Source: an uncultured delta proteobacterium | Lineage (GTDB): Bacteria > Myxococcota_A > Polyangia > Haliangiales > Haliangiaceae | DNA: 64,000 bases | Assembly: GCA_963848295.1 (NCBI GenBank) | Contig: CAWKDB010000010.1 | Span: forward strand, 4,512,001 to 4,576,000 | Reading direction: 5' to 3' | In this document: piece by piece, positions 1 to 11,196 of the stretch | Numbering within the stretch: the first letter of the stretch is position 1 | Layout of the letters: each line of letters opens with the position of its first letter | Program-made: the position numbers and the translations under genes | The notes under the pieces: model-generated | What the model was told of the DNA's origin: nothing | Seen by the model: only the letters and a program-made list of their open reading frames with translations | Databases searched by the model: none

Positions 1-966
1 AATCGGACGCAGCGCCTCGACGCGTTGCCGATCCGGCGCGGAGCGCAGCGCGTCGTACAGCTCGATCCGAGCGACACCCGGCGCGGTACGCGCGTCGTCG
101 GGCGTCAGGCCGCGGCCGTGCTGTGCCATGCCAGACGCGAGGCCCGCGATCCGCAGATAGTCATCGAGCTCGCGGTCGATGGTCGTATCGAGCGCGGCAG
201 CGCGCTTCGTCGCTTCTTCGGCCCAGCCTGGCTCGTGACGATCGGCCACGGCGTGAAACGCCGCACTCGCCGTGTAACGCAGCCCGAGGTCGCGCAACGC
301 GAGCGCGCGATTCCACGTCGCGACCGCATGGCCCGGCGAGAGCTCGAGCGCGCGGTCTGTCAACTCGAGCGCGACGGTCGGCTTACCGTCGGCGAGCGCG
401 AGCGCGGCGCGATCGGCGAGCACATCGGGCGAGGTCGCCGCGCGCTCGAGATAGGTCGCGGCTTGAGCGCGATCGCCGTCGAGTAGCGCGAGCACGCCCA
501 CGCCCTGGAGGTCGCCGGTGCGCTCGACGTCGGCGAGCTGCGTCAACGGAATAGCCTCGTGCGAGGCTTGCTCGCCGCGCGCCACGTTATAGGGCCGGAA
601 GCCGGCCGCCGGGCCCCATGCCACGCGCGCTTCGAGCTGGCGATCGCTCGCGAGCGCGAGCGCGACGACCGAGGCCGGCGAGGACGCACGCGGCTTCGTA
701 CCGAGGTAGATCGCCAGCCCCGCGGCCGCGGCGAGCGCGACGCCGCCGATCTGCACGGCTCTCCGCCGATACCACGCGAGAGGGATGACGTCGGTCGCAC
801 GGGCCGGTGCGGGCGTGGGCATGGCCGCGAGCTGCATCAGGTCTGCAAGCTCGGCCTGACACGACTCGCACGTCGCGAGGTGGGCGCGCGCCGCTTCGGC
901 CGCTTCGCCACTCAGCTCGCCATCGGCGAGGAGGTGCGTGTGCTCGAGCTCGAGACAGTCGCTCAT
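1..966 (-). CDS. zf-HC2 (ZAS) anti-sigma-like membrane protein with TPR-like repeats, probably the N-terminal part of a CHAT-type protein; runs off the window start
   Basis: Manual translation from ATG 966: MSDCLELEHTHLL...AHLATCESCQAEL (HxxxCxxC), hydrophobic GGVALAAAAGLAIYL, WNRALALRDLGL; no stop before base 1; ATGA overlap with the sigma gene. Confidence 0.75.
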   Translation of the reverse strand, partial: MSDCLELEHTHLLADGELSGEAAEAARAHLATCESCQAELADLMQLAAMPTPAPARATDVIPLAWYRRRAVQIGGVALAAAAGLAIYLGTKPRASSPASVVALALASDRQLEARVAWGPAAGFRPYNVARGEQASHEAIPLTQLADVERTGDLQGVGVLALLDGDRAQAATYLERAATSPDVLADRAALALADGKPTVALELTDRALELSPGHAVATWNRALALRDLGLRYTASAAFHAVADRHEPGWAEEATKRAAALDTTIDRELDDYLRIAGLASGMAQHGRGLTPDDARTAPGVARIELYDALRSAPDRQRVEALRPI

Positions 967-1535
967 CGCGCCCCCCGTGCTCGGATGAAGGCGTCCTTGA
1001 GCTTCTTGCGCGCACGCAACAGCCGGGTTCCGACCGTCGCCTTCGCGATCCGCAGCTCGGCGGCGATCTCGTCGTACGACCGGCCCGCGGTGTGAAGCTC
1101 GTAGACGGTGCGAAACTCTTCGCCGATCGTCGCGAGCGCTCGCGCGATCTCTTCGGACGTGACATCGGCCCACACCGGCGGCGCGACCGGCTCGGGCATC
1201 GCGATCTGGATGTCATCGAGCGCCTCGATCTGAGGCGCGCGCTTCGCCCGGCGACAGCGATCGATGAACAGGTTGTGCATGATCGTCATCAGCCACGCCT
1301 TGACGTTGCCGCTGTCCGCGTAACGGTCCCAGTTACGCAGCGCGCGCACGTAGGTGTCGTGGACGAGATCGTGAGCATCGGAATCGTCGCGGCACAGCCG
1401 TCGCGCGGTCGCGAATAGCAACGATTCGTGCGCCTGCACCGCGTCGGCCATCGCTCTGCCACCAGTCGCGGTCACCGCGCGCGCAGGCTGCCACGCGTCA
1501 CGCGCGAGGGTCAAGGCGGCGGTCGACGCAGGCAT
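963..1535 (-). CDS. ECF RNA polymerase sigma factor
   Basis: DAHDLVHDTYVRAL, KAWLMTIMHNLFID (region 2), SYDEIAAELRIAKATVGTRLLRARKKL (region 4); start 1535 or 1451. Confidence 0.92.
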   Translation of the reverse strand: MPASTAALTLARDAWQPARAVTATGGRAMADAVQAHESLLFATARRLCRDDSDAHDLVHDTYVRALRNWDRYADSGNVKAWLMTIMHNLFIDRCRRAKRAPQIEALDDIQIAMPEPVAPPVWADVTSEEIARALATIGEEFRTVYELHTAGRSYDEIAAELRIAKATVGTRLLRARKKLKDAFIRARGAR

Positions 1536-1586
1536 CCGGAACCTGTAACGCCGAGCTCGCCAAATCTTCCCGCGGAGTTTTCGTCG

Positions 1587-1610
1587 GGAACATCGCCGAC
1601 CGGCGGCGTT
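1587..1610 (+). promoter_or_regulatory. Putative ECF-type promoter (GGAAC-N15-CGTT)
   Basis: GGAAC at 1587-1591 and CGTT at 1607-1610, upstream of the AGGAG RBS and ATG 1641, divergent from the ECF sigma gene. Confidence 0.35.
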
Positions 1611-1640
1611 TGGCTCGCGAACGAACCCAGGAGCCTTCAG

Positions 1641-3437
1641 ATGACACTTCGAACGCTTGTGCTTGCCAGTGCCGGCGCTGCCGCGATGCTCGCGAGCCGC
1701 CCATCCCACGCCGACTCGGTGACCGACGTCTCGAACGGCACATCGATCTTTGTCCAGTACGCGCACGCGATCCTCGATGGCAACTCGTATCGCACGGCCG
1801 GCATCGTCGTCGCGAAACCGGCCGGCACGCTCGACTTCCCGCTGCCCGCGAGCGCGATCGGCCTGAACCTCCCGATCACGCTGCACCTCAACGGATCGTC
1901 GATCGGCGGCAACATCATCCAATTCACATTCAACGATGCGTTCGCCGACGTGGACATCACCGGCAACGGAGACTTGCTCACCGGTGCGAGCGGCGTCCTG
2001 CTCGTCATCGCGGCTCCGCTCGCCGGCGCCCAGTCGGCGATCTGCAACAACACCTCGTGTCCGGGCGATGTCTCGCTCGAGCTCGTGGGCGCGACGGTCA
2101 CCGCGACCGGAACCTGGGGCAGCGAACCGGTCGCGCTCGAGTCGGCTCGCGGCGTCGGCGGCGTGCCGCGCGCTCGGATGAACGGCCTTGTGGTGCCGAC
2201 CACGAGCACCGATTCGCACGGCAGGGTCTATCCGTTCTGTTCGGCGACGAATGCGACGACCCCGGGCGATCTGGTCGTGGCGCTCACCGGCGTCGCGCCG
2301 AGCGGCGGCACTCGGGTCGATCTGACGGCGCCGCACGGCTTCGGCTTGCCGAACAGCATCATCGTGCCGCAGGGGCTCACCAGCTACGACGTCCCGTTCA
2401 CCGTGCCGGTGAACTTCGTCGGCTCGATCGAGCTCGCGGCGGCCGCAGGTGGCGCGACGAGTAGCGCCGAGCTCGTCGTCGACCCGGCGATCGATTGTCA
2501 GCCGCCGGCGAGCCGACCGGGCTACGAGGCGTATGTCCCGCCGCTGCTCGTGGGCTGCACCCAGTGCTCGCAGTTCGTCGATCTCAACGACGAGAACTGG
2601 CAGCTCACGCAGGTTGGTAGCCAGTTGATCGTGATCATCGACGGCGCGCTGTCCCCGTTGCTCAAGGCGTTCCCGCAGGCGACCGCGGTCGGCGCCGATG
2701 CGCTGAACGACAGCGGGATGATCGCGGGCCGGATGACGGTCGGCGGCGTGACGCAAGCGTACCGCGCGAACCTCGCTTACGGCGCGCACGGCGCTCAGCT
2801 GCTCGGCGCGATGGTCCCCGAAGACATCGGCTCGAGCGGAACGGTCGTCGGCTATCGCTCGGACGCGAACGGCCTCCACCACGCGGTGTTCAGCGACGGG
2901 CGCGGGGTGACCGACCTCGCGCTCACGTCGTCTTACGGCATCGAAGAAGCGCGCGCACTGCGGATCTCGCCGTCCGGCCAGGTCATCGGGACGTTCACCG
3001 GCAACGACGGCGTGATCCGCGGCTACCGCTGGGTCGACGGCACGACCTATACGCTGCCGAACCTCGGCGGCTCGCCGGCGATCCCGGTCGCGGTCGATCG
3101 CCTGAACGACATCGCGGTCAACTCGAAGAGCGGGGCCGCGATCATCGGAGCGAACGGCACCGTCCTCGCGCTCGGCAATCCGAGCGGCTACGTCGGGTTC
3201 GAGATCACGTCGCTCAATCGCTATGGCTATGCGGTCGGCAACGCGTCGCCGGCGGTCGGCCTCGCGAGCGTCTCGCAGGGATTCGTGTGGATCCCGAAGC
3301 GCGGGTTCGTCGCGCTCACCAACTACGCGAAGGGCCTGTCAGTCGACCAGGCCCTGCGCATCACCGACACCAATCAGGTCGTCGTCCACGGCACGACGTC
3401 CGCCGGGATCGCCGACCTCTACCTGATCACGTTGTGA
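1641..3437 (+). CDS. Secreted protein with C-terminal HAF-like extracellular repeats
   Basis: Signal peptide MTLRTLVLASAGAAAMLASRPSHA; repeats ALNDSGMIAG, DIGSSGTVVG..HHAV, ISPSGQVIG, LNRYGYAVG; AGGAG RBS. Confidence 0.7.
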   Translation: MTLRTLVLASAGAAAMLASRPSHADSVTDVSNGTSIFVQYAHAILDGNSYRTAGIVVAKPAGTLDFPLPASAIGLNLPITLHLNGSSIGGNIIQFTFNDAFADVDITGNGDLLTGASGVLLVIAAPLAGAQSAICNNTSCPGDVSLELVGATVTATGTWGSEPVALESARGVGGVPRARMNGLVVPTTSTDSHGRVYPFCSATNATTPGDLVVALTGVAPSGGTRVDLTAPHGFGLPNSIIVPQGLTSYDVPFTVPVNFVGSIELAAAAGGATSSAELVVDPAIDCQPPASRPGYEAYVPPLLVGCTQCSQFVDLNDENWQLTQVGSQLIVIIDGALSPLLKAFPQATAVGADALNDSGMIAGRMTVGGVTQAYRANLAYGAHGAQLLGAMVPEDIGSSGTVVGYRSDANGLHHAVFSDGRGVTDLALTSSYGIEEARALRISPSGQVIGTFTGNDGVIRGYRWVDGTTYTLPNLGGSPAIPVAVDRLNDIAVNSKSGAAIIGANGTVLALGNPSGYVGFEITSLNRYGYAVGNASPAVGLASVSQGFVWIPKRGFVALTNYAKGLSVDQALRITDTNQVVVHGTTSAGIADLYLITL

Positions 3438-3451
3438 AAGGACCCAGGACC

Positions 3452-4243
3452 ATGCACAAGCTACTTCGCGATTTCTCCTTCACCGTGGTCACCGCGTGCG
3501 TGCTGATCGCCTGTACCGGCGGCACGTGCACCCTGTTCGAGAAGAAGTGCGATTCACATCTGACGGTGCCCGCGATCGGCGCGTGCCCGAGCGACTTCAA
3601 CGGCTTCGGCGGCTACGGCCAGCCGTGCAACGATCCCGGCACGTGCAACGGCGGCGGGCTCGCGTGCGTCGAGGGGACATGCCTCCCATGCGGTGGCCAA
3701 GATCAAGCGTGCTGCACTCAGACCGAGGGCGGGCCGGGCACGTGCAACGGCACGACCTGCGCCTATAACGGCTACATCGATTGGTATCAATGCGAGGCCT
3801 GCGGCAACGCACTCGGCGCTTCGTGCTGCGAGGACAATCTGTGCAGCGTCGGGATGTGCGACACGAACACCGAGAAGTGCGTCGCTGCGACCTCGACGGG
3901 TGGCTCGACGACCTATTGGGTTTGGGTCGTCGATCCCGAGTGTGGTGCCCAAGCGCACGGCTTCGTCGCCGACTCGCAATCCGACGCGCAGAGTGCGGCG
4001 CAGACCTGGTTCACGAGCTCGTTCCCACAGAACGCCGGCTACTACCTGGGTGCGGCGAGCACGGGCGAGTACACGACCGCGCCGATGACGTACCAAGTCT
4101 GCCCGACGGAGTGCGCGGTGGTCGGTGGCCTGATGGAGACGACGAACACGCTCTACGCGTTCGATCCGAGCAAGATCCCGGCGTGCGAACAGCTGCTCGA
4201 CCACACGTGCAGCTGGTTGCCGACCGCGTGTCCGGGGGACTGA
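3452..4243 (+). CDS. Cys-rich lipoprotein
   Basis: Lipobox-like VLIAC; many Cys including CGGQDQACC; AGGAC RBS. Confidence 0.75.
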   Translation: MHKLLRDFSFTVVTACVLIACTGGTCTLFEKKCDSHLTVPAIGACPSDFNGFGGYGQPCNDPGTCNGGGLACVEGTCLPCGGQDQACCTQTEGGPGTCNGTTCAYNGYIDWYQCEACGNALGASCCEDNLCSVGMCDTNTEKCVAATSTGGSTTYWVWVVDPECGAQAHGFVADSQSDAQSAAQTWFTSSFPQNAGYYLGAASTGEYTTAPMTYQVCPTECAVVGGLMETTNTLYAFDPSKIPACEQLLDHTCSWLPTACPGD

Positions 4244-4246
4244 CGG

Positions 4247-4957
4247 TCAGGCAGCGATCGCCTCGACGACCTGCTTGATCGTCCGCTTCGACGTGTCGAT
4301 CGTCGCGTCGGCGCTCGCGTACAGCGGGGTACGCGCGGCGAGCAACGCGCGCAGCTCCGCAAACGCGTGCGGGTTCTCGGCCATCGGCCGCTGGTCTCCC
4401 TGCGCGACGACGCGGTTCCAGTGGTCCTCGGGGCGCGCGCGCAGCCACACGGTCCGGGCGCGCGACCGGAGCAACGCGAAGTTCGTCGGATCGTTCACGA
4501 TCGAACCGCCGGTCGCGAGCACCGCGGGACTGGAATCGGCGAGCAAGCGGCTCAGCACCTCGCGCTCGAGCCGGCGGTAGTAGGCCTCGCCGTGCAACGA
4601 GAACACCTCGCCGAGCGGCAGGCCGGCCGCTTGTTCGATCTCCTGATCGACCTCGACGAACCGCGCACCGAGCTTCTTCGCGAGCGCCGCGCCGACCGCC
4701 GACTTGCCCGCGCCGCGCACGCCGAGCAGCGCGATCGGCTTGGCCGACGGCGGTGCCTCGAGCAAGGCAGCGGGCGTCGTGCCGAGCGCGGCGGCGACCT
4801 CGGCGAACCGGCGCAACGAGATGTTGCCGTCGCCGGCCTCGAGCTGCGCGAGAAACCGCTCCGACACGCCGCTCTTTTCGGCCAGCTCCCGGCGGGACCA
4901 GCCCTGGTGGTCGCGTCGTGCGCGAACCGCGGCACCGACGGACGCGAGCAAGGTCAT
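4247..4957 (-). CDS. boxR: BzdR/BoxR-type regulator (XRE HTH fused to shikimate-kinase-like domain)
   Basis: WSRRELAEKSGVSERFLAQLEAGDGNIS; GVRGAGKSAVG P-loop; RVVAQGDQRPM; divergent from boxC. Confidence 0.9.
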   Translation of the reverse strand: MTLLASVGAAVRARRDHQGWSRRELAEKSGVSERFLAQLEAGDGNISLRRFAEVAAALGTTPAALLEAPPSAKPIALLGVRGAGKSAVGAALAKKLGARFVEVDQEIEQAAGLPLGEVFSLHGEAYYRRLEREVLSRLLADSSPAVLATGGSIVNDPTNFALLRSRARTVWLRARPEDHWNRVVAQGDQRPMAENPHAFAELRALLAARTPLYASADATIDTSKRTIKQVVEAIAA

Positions 4958-4989
4958 GCGAAATATATTGCATGATAAGTCGAGCGTGA

Positions 4990-5007
4990 CAAGCACTAAA
5001 GTGCTTG
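4990..5007. promoter_or_regulatory. Palindromic operator, likely bound by BoxR
   Basis: CAAGCACT-AA-AGTGCTTG perfect 8-bp inverted repeat in the boxR/boxC intergenic region; GCA-N6-TGC core. Confidence 0.6.
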
Positions 5008-5019
5008 ATAGAAGTATGC

Positions 5020-6753
<1,734 letters not shown>

Positions 6754-6757
6754 TCGC

Positions 6758-8173
6758 ATGACCTCCGTACTCACCGACGAGAAGATCCCTAACAACGTCC
6801 ACCTCGCCGACGATCGTCGCCTGCAGCGCGCGCTCGAGGCGTGGCAGCCGCAGTTCCTCGACTGGTGGAAGGCGATGGGCCCGGTCGGCTGGCAGGAGCG
6901 CGACATCTACTTGCGCACCGCGGTGTCGGTCGAGACCGACGGCTGGGCGCACTTCAACTACGTCAAGATGCCGGACTATCGCTGGGGGATCTTCCTCGAG
7001 CCGAAGCAGGAAGGCCGCGTGCACGGCTTCGGCGACTTCGCCGGCCAGCCGGTGTGGGACGAAGTTCCCGGCGAGTTCCGCAACATGTTGCGCCGCCTCG
7101 TCGTGACCCAAGGCGACACCGAGCCGGCGAGCGTCGAGCAGCAGCGCTTGCTCGGCGACACCGCGCCATCACTCTACGATCTGCGCAACCTGTTCCAGGT
7201 CAACGTCGAAGAGGGGCGTCATCTGTGGGCGATGGTCTACCTGCTCCACACGTACTTCGGTCGCGACGGTCGCGAAGAAGCCGAGGAGCTGCTCGCGCGC
7301 CGGTCGGGCGATGTCGACAAGCCGCGCATCCTCGGCGCGTTCAACGAGCCGACGTCGCACTGGCTGTCGTTCTTCATGTTCACGATGTTCACGGACCGCG
7401 ACGGCAAGTATCAGCTCGCGGCGCTCGCGGAGAGCGGCTTCGATCCGCTCGCACGCACCTGCCGGTTCATGCTGACCGAAGAAGCGCATCACATGTTCGT
7501 CGGCGAGAGCGGCGTGCAGCGCATCGTCAAGCGCGCGTGCGAGCTGATGAAGACCGCGCCGGGCGGCGACGTGCGCGCGGCCGGCGGCATCGACCTGCCG
7601 ACGATCCAGAAGTACCTGCACCTGTGGTACTCGCTATCGCTCGACTTGTTCGGCGGCGAGGTGTCGTCGAACGCGGCGGATGCGTTCGCGTCGGGACTCA
7701 AGGGTCGCTACAAAGAGGACCGCTATCCCGAGCACGAGTTGATCGGCTCGCACTTCGCGATGGACGTGCTCGAAGAAGGCAAGGTCGTCCACAAAGACAT
7801 CGCGATGCGCAACGCGCTCAACGAGGTGCTGCGCACCGAGTACATCAAGGACTGCCAGCGCGGCGTCGACCGCTGGAACAAGACGATCAAGGACGAGGGC
7901 ATCGACTTCGTCGTGACGCTGCCGTCCGCGAAGTTCCATCGCAACATCGGCATGTGGAGCACGCAGCGGTTCACGCCGACCGGCGAGATGATCGACCAGG
8001 CGACCTACGACGCGCGCAAGGGCGAGTGGCTACCGAACGCCGCCGACGAGGCGTTCGTGAAGACGCTGATGCACCCGGTGTACGAGCCCGGCAAGATGGC
8101 GAGCTGGATCGCGCCGCCGGCGAAGGGCATCAACAACCTGCCCGGCGACTTCGTCTACGTGAAGCCGGCGTGA
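6758..8173 (+). CDS. boxB: Benzoyl-CoA 2,3-epoxidase diiron subunit
   Basis: EKIPNNV, YLRTAVSV, QGDTEPASVEQQR, VNVEEGRHLWAM and MLTEEAHHMFVG (ExxH diiron motifs). Confidence 0.96.
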   Translation: MTSVLTDEKIPNNVHLADDRRLQRALEAWQPQFLDWWKAMGPVGWQERDIYLRTAVSVETDGWAHFNYVKMPDYRWGIFLEPKQEGRVHGFGDFAGQPVWDEVPGEFRNMLRRLVVTQGDTEPASVEQQRLLGDTAPSLYDLRNLFQVNVEEGRHLWAMVYLLHTYFGRDGREEAEELLARRSGDVDKPRILGAFNEPTSHWLSFFMFTMFTDRDGKYQLAALAESGFDPLARTCRFMLTEEAHHMFVGESGVQRIVKRACELMKTAPGGDVRAAGGIDLPTIQKYLHLWYSLSLDLFGGEVSSNAADAFASGLKGRYKEDRYPEHELIGSHFAMDVLEEGKVVHKDIAMRNALNEVLRTEYIKDCQRGVDRWNKTIKDEGIDFVVTLPSAKFHRNIGMWSTQRFTPTGEMIDQATYDARKGEWLPNAADEAFVKTLMHPVYEPGKMASWIAPPAKGINNLPGDFVYVKPA

Positions 8174-8195
8174 CCACCGCGTAGCCGCGCCTCGA

Positions 8196-11135
8196 TCAGT
8201 GCAAGCGCCCGAGCAGGCCGTCGATCTCGACGATGCGCTTCGCCATCGGGCTGCCCTTCGCGCCTTGGCTGTAGATCGCTCGAGCGGCTAACAGCAGGCG
8301 CTTGGCTTCGACCGGATCGCGATGCAGCTCGACGAGGGCGTGCGCCTTCTCGAGCTCGGGCCAGGCAACCGCCTGTTGCTCCGCGCGCGCGCCCGCGACG
8401 GCCAGCGCGGCGGTCGCATCGCGGAGCTCGCCCTCGCGATCGCCGAGCCGGCCTTCGCACGTCGCGACCTGGGTGTACGCGAACGCGAGACGGTCGCTGT
8501 CGGGCATCGCGGCCTTGCGGATCTCGAGGCAGCGGCGAGCGGTCGCGAGCGCGTCGTCGAGCTTGCCGGCCGCCTGCTGGTCAGCGGACAGGTTGTACAG
8601 CAGCCCCGCGAACGACTCGGTGTTCGGGCCGAGTAGCTTCTCCTCGGCGGTCAGCGCGCGTTGCAGCCGTTCGATCGCGCGGTCGTAGTGACCGTGGTCG
8701 CTCTCGATCAGCGCGAGGTTCGTATCGCAGCTCGCGACCATCGAGCTATCCGGACCGAACTCGTGCTCGAACGTCGCGCGCGCGGCCTCGAGCAACGGCT
8801 CGGCTTCGTCATCGCGATCGTCTTCGAGCAGCGAAGCGCCGAGGTTGAGCTGCGCGTTCGCGACGTCCTCCGGAGCGCCCTTGCCGGCGCGCGCGAGCTC
8901 GAGTGCGTGTTGCCCGAGCTTCGTCGCGGTCTCGTTGTCACCGAGGTCCTTGTAGGTCAGGGCTTCGCCGGAGATCAGCCGAGCGAGCCGGGCGTCTTGG
9001 GGCCCGAGCGTGTCGGTGATCGTGGCGATCGCGGACTCGTACTCCTCGATCGCGTGCTTGGCATCGTTCGCGTCGCCGAGGATCGCGGCGTACTCGGCGT
9101 CGGCGGACGCGAGCGCGAGCGGCGACGCACCGTCCTTCAAGACCGAGATCGCGTGCTCGAGCTGCACGCGAGCGTGGGGCAGGTCCCCGCTGACCGCGAG
9201 GACCCGGGCGAGCGTGACCTGCATCCGCGCTGCGCCGAGCGGATCGGTGCGCTCGAACAGGCTCTCTTCGGATTGCGCGAGCTTGATCCACGGCTCGAGC
9301 TCCTTGAATCGCTCGCTATGACTGCCGACATCGAGGATCGAGCCAAGCGCCGCGAGCTCGACGCTGCGATCTCCGTCGGCGTGGGCTTTGTAATACGCAT
9401 CGCCGAGCTCGCTCAGCGAGCGCTCGACCTCACCCGATTCACCGTCGAGCGTTCCGCGGACGAGCCCGACGAGCTCTGCGAGCCCGCCGTGCTTGCCCAC
9501 TGGCGAGTCGCTGATCCGGTCGAGGGCCGCACGGGCCAGGTCCCGGTGGCCCGACTCGGCGCGATGCAACGCGACGAGCAACACCGCGCGCGCTTCGGAG
9601 ACGTCACGCCGGCCGATCGTGTCGAGCATCCCGTTCAGCGCGATCGGATCGCCGCATGGCCCGAGCGCGGGCAGGGTCTCGATCGTCGAGGCCGCGCTCG
9701 TGATGTCGAAGTTCTCCTGCAGCGAGCGCAACGCGGCGGCCGCGGTCACCGCGACGTCGTGGCGACAACCGATGCTGCGTTGGAACACGATGTCGGTCCA
9801 CTCGTGATGTTGATCGTGCGCTTCGCACGCCGCGACCGCGACCCCGCGATACGCCGCGGTGAAGTGCTCGATGTTCGAGCGCGCATGAGCGCCGACGTGG
9901 CCCGGCGCTTGATTCAGCCGAGCGACCACCTGCGTGCCGAGGCTCGCCGGAAAGTACGTCTCGAGGTCGTCACCGGCGGTGGCGCAGGTCGCCTCGCTCT
10001 GATCAGCACTGCTCGACAACACGTACGCCCCGGCACCACCCGCGACGAGCACGGCCCCGAGCGCGAGCGCCGGAACGAGCACCCGCTTGCGCGGCGGAAT
10101 CATCGCGGTGCGGATCGCGACGAGCAGCTCGCGCAGATCGCCATAGCGATCGCTCGGCTTCGCCGACAGACCGCGTTCGATCACCCTGCGCAGCGCGACC
10201 GGGACCTCGTTCGCCGGGGGCGTGCGCAGCTCGCGCCGCTCGATCGCCTGTTGCACCGCCTGCAACGTGCTGCCGGCGAACGGCCGCATCCCGAACAGCA
10301 GCTCCCACACGACGATGCAGAACGCGAACTCGTCACAGCGCGCGTCGACCTCGCCGGCCGCGTATTGCTCCGGCGCCATATACGCCGGCGTCCCGAGCAC
10401 GGTGCCGGTCTCGGTCATCGAGCTCGACACCGAGATCGGCCGGGACGACCCCGATCGATGCCCGCTCGGCACCGGCGTCGCGCTGGTCGGCGGGATCGAG
10501 AGGATCGCCGCATTCGCCCGGGCGAGCCCGAAGTCGCTGACGCGCGGCCGGCCGTCGGTGTCGACCAGCACGTTCTCCGGCTTGAAATCGCGATGAACGA
10601 TACCGGCCTTGTGCGCGGCGATCAGGCCCTCTCCGACCAGCAACATCATCTCGACGATCTCTCGCCACGCGCGCGGCTTCTCGGTCGCCCAGACGCGCAA
10701 CGTCGAGCCGCGCACGTACTCCATCGCGACGAACAGGCGGTCGCCGAGGCTGCCGACCTCGAACACGGTGACGACGTTCGGGTGTGCGAGCTGCGCCATC
10801 GCCAGGGCTTCGCGATACAGCCGATCGCCACCCGTGCCCGCCGGGTGGAGCTTGACCGCGACGTCGCGACCGAGCTGTTGATCGCGGGCGAGGTACACGG
10901 TGCCCATCCCGCCGCGGCCGAGCACCGACGCCACGACATAGCGCTCGCCGATCGACTGGCCGACCGGCAGCTCGACGATCGGGTCGGTGGCGAGCCGCGG
11001 AGGCTGTGCGTTCGAAGCGTCCTGCGTCTCGCCGTCGCTGATGCCGCGCGTGTGGTCGGGCGCGAGCGAGCCCGGCGTGGCGGGCGACGCCATCGTATTG
11101 GCGAGCGGAAGCTCGTCTTCGCGCTGGCCCGCCAC
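8196..11135 (-). CDS. Membrane Ser/Thr protein kinase with C-terminal TPR repeats
   Basis: LGRGGMGTVY, VAVK, HRDFKPEN, DFG, GTPAYMAPEQ; TM segment; TPR-like helices; GTG start 7 nt after TACCAT. Confidence 0.9.
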   Translation of the reverse strand: MAGQREDELPLANTMASPATPGSLAPDHTRGISDGETQDASNAQPPRLATDPIVELPVGQSIGERYVVASVLGRGGMGTVYLARDQQLGRDVAVKLHPAGTGGDRLYREALAMAQLAHPNVVTVFEVGSLGDRLFVAMEYVRGSTLRVWATEKPRAWREIVEMMLLVGEGLIAAHKAGIVHRDFKPENVLVDTDGRPRVSDFGLARANAAILSIPPTSATPVPSGHRSGSSRPISVSSSMTETGTVLGTPAYMAPEQYAAGEVDARCDEFAFCIVVWELLFGMRPFAGSTLQAVQQAIERRELRTPPANEVPVALRRVIERGLSAKPSDRYGDLRELLVAIRTAMIPPRKRVLVPALALGAVLVAGGAGAYVLSSSADQSEATCATAGDDLETYFPASLGTQVVARLNQAPGHVGAHARSNIEHFTAAYRGVAVAACEAHDQHHEWTDIVFQRSIGCRHDVAVTAAAALRSLQENFDITSAASTIETLPALGPCGDPIALNGMLDTIGRRDVSEARAVLLVALHRAESGHRDLARAALDRISDSPVGKHGGLAELVGLVRGTLDGESGEVERSLSELGDAYYKAHADGDRSVELAALGSILDVGSHSERFKELEPWIKLAQSEESLFERTDPLGAARMQVTLARVLAVSGDLPHARVQLEHAISVLKDGASPLALASADAEYAAILGDANDAKHAIEEYESAIATITDTLGPQDARLARLISGEALTYKDLGDNETATKLGQHALELARAGKGAPEDVANAQLNLGASLLEDDRDDEAEPLLEAARATFEHEFGPDSSMVASCDTNLALIESDHGHYDRAIERLQRALTAEEKLLGPNTESFAGLLYNLSADQQAAGKLDDALATARRCLEIRKAAMPDSDRLAFAYTQVATCEGRLGDREGELRDATAALAVAGARAEQQAVAWPELEKAHALVELHRDPVEAKRLLLAARAIYSQGAKGSPMAKRIVEIDGLLGRLH

Positions 11136-11196
11136 GGCGACGATGGTACCCGAGTCGCCGGCCCGTAGGACGCGGATCGGGTTCCGGAGATGCGTC

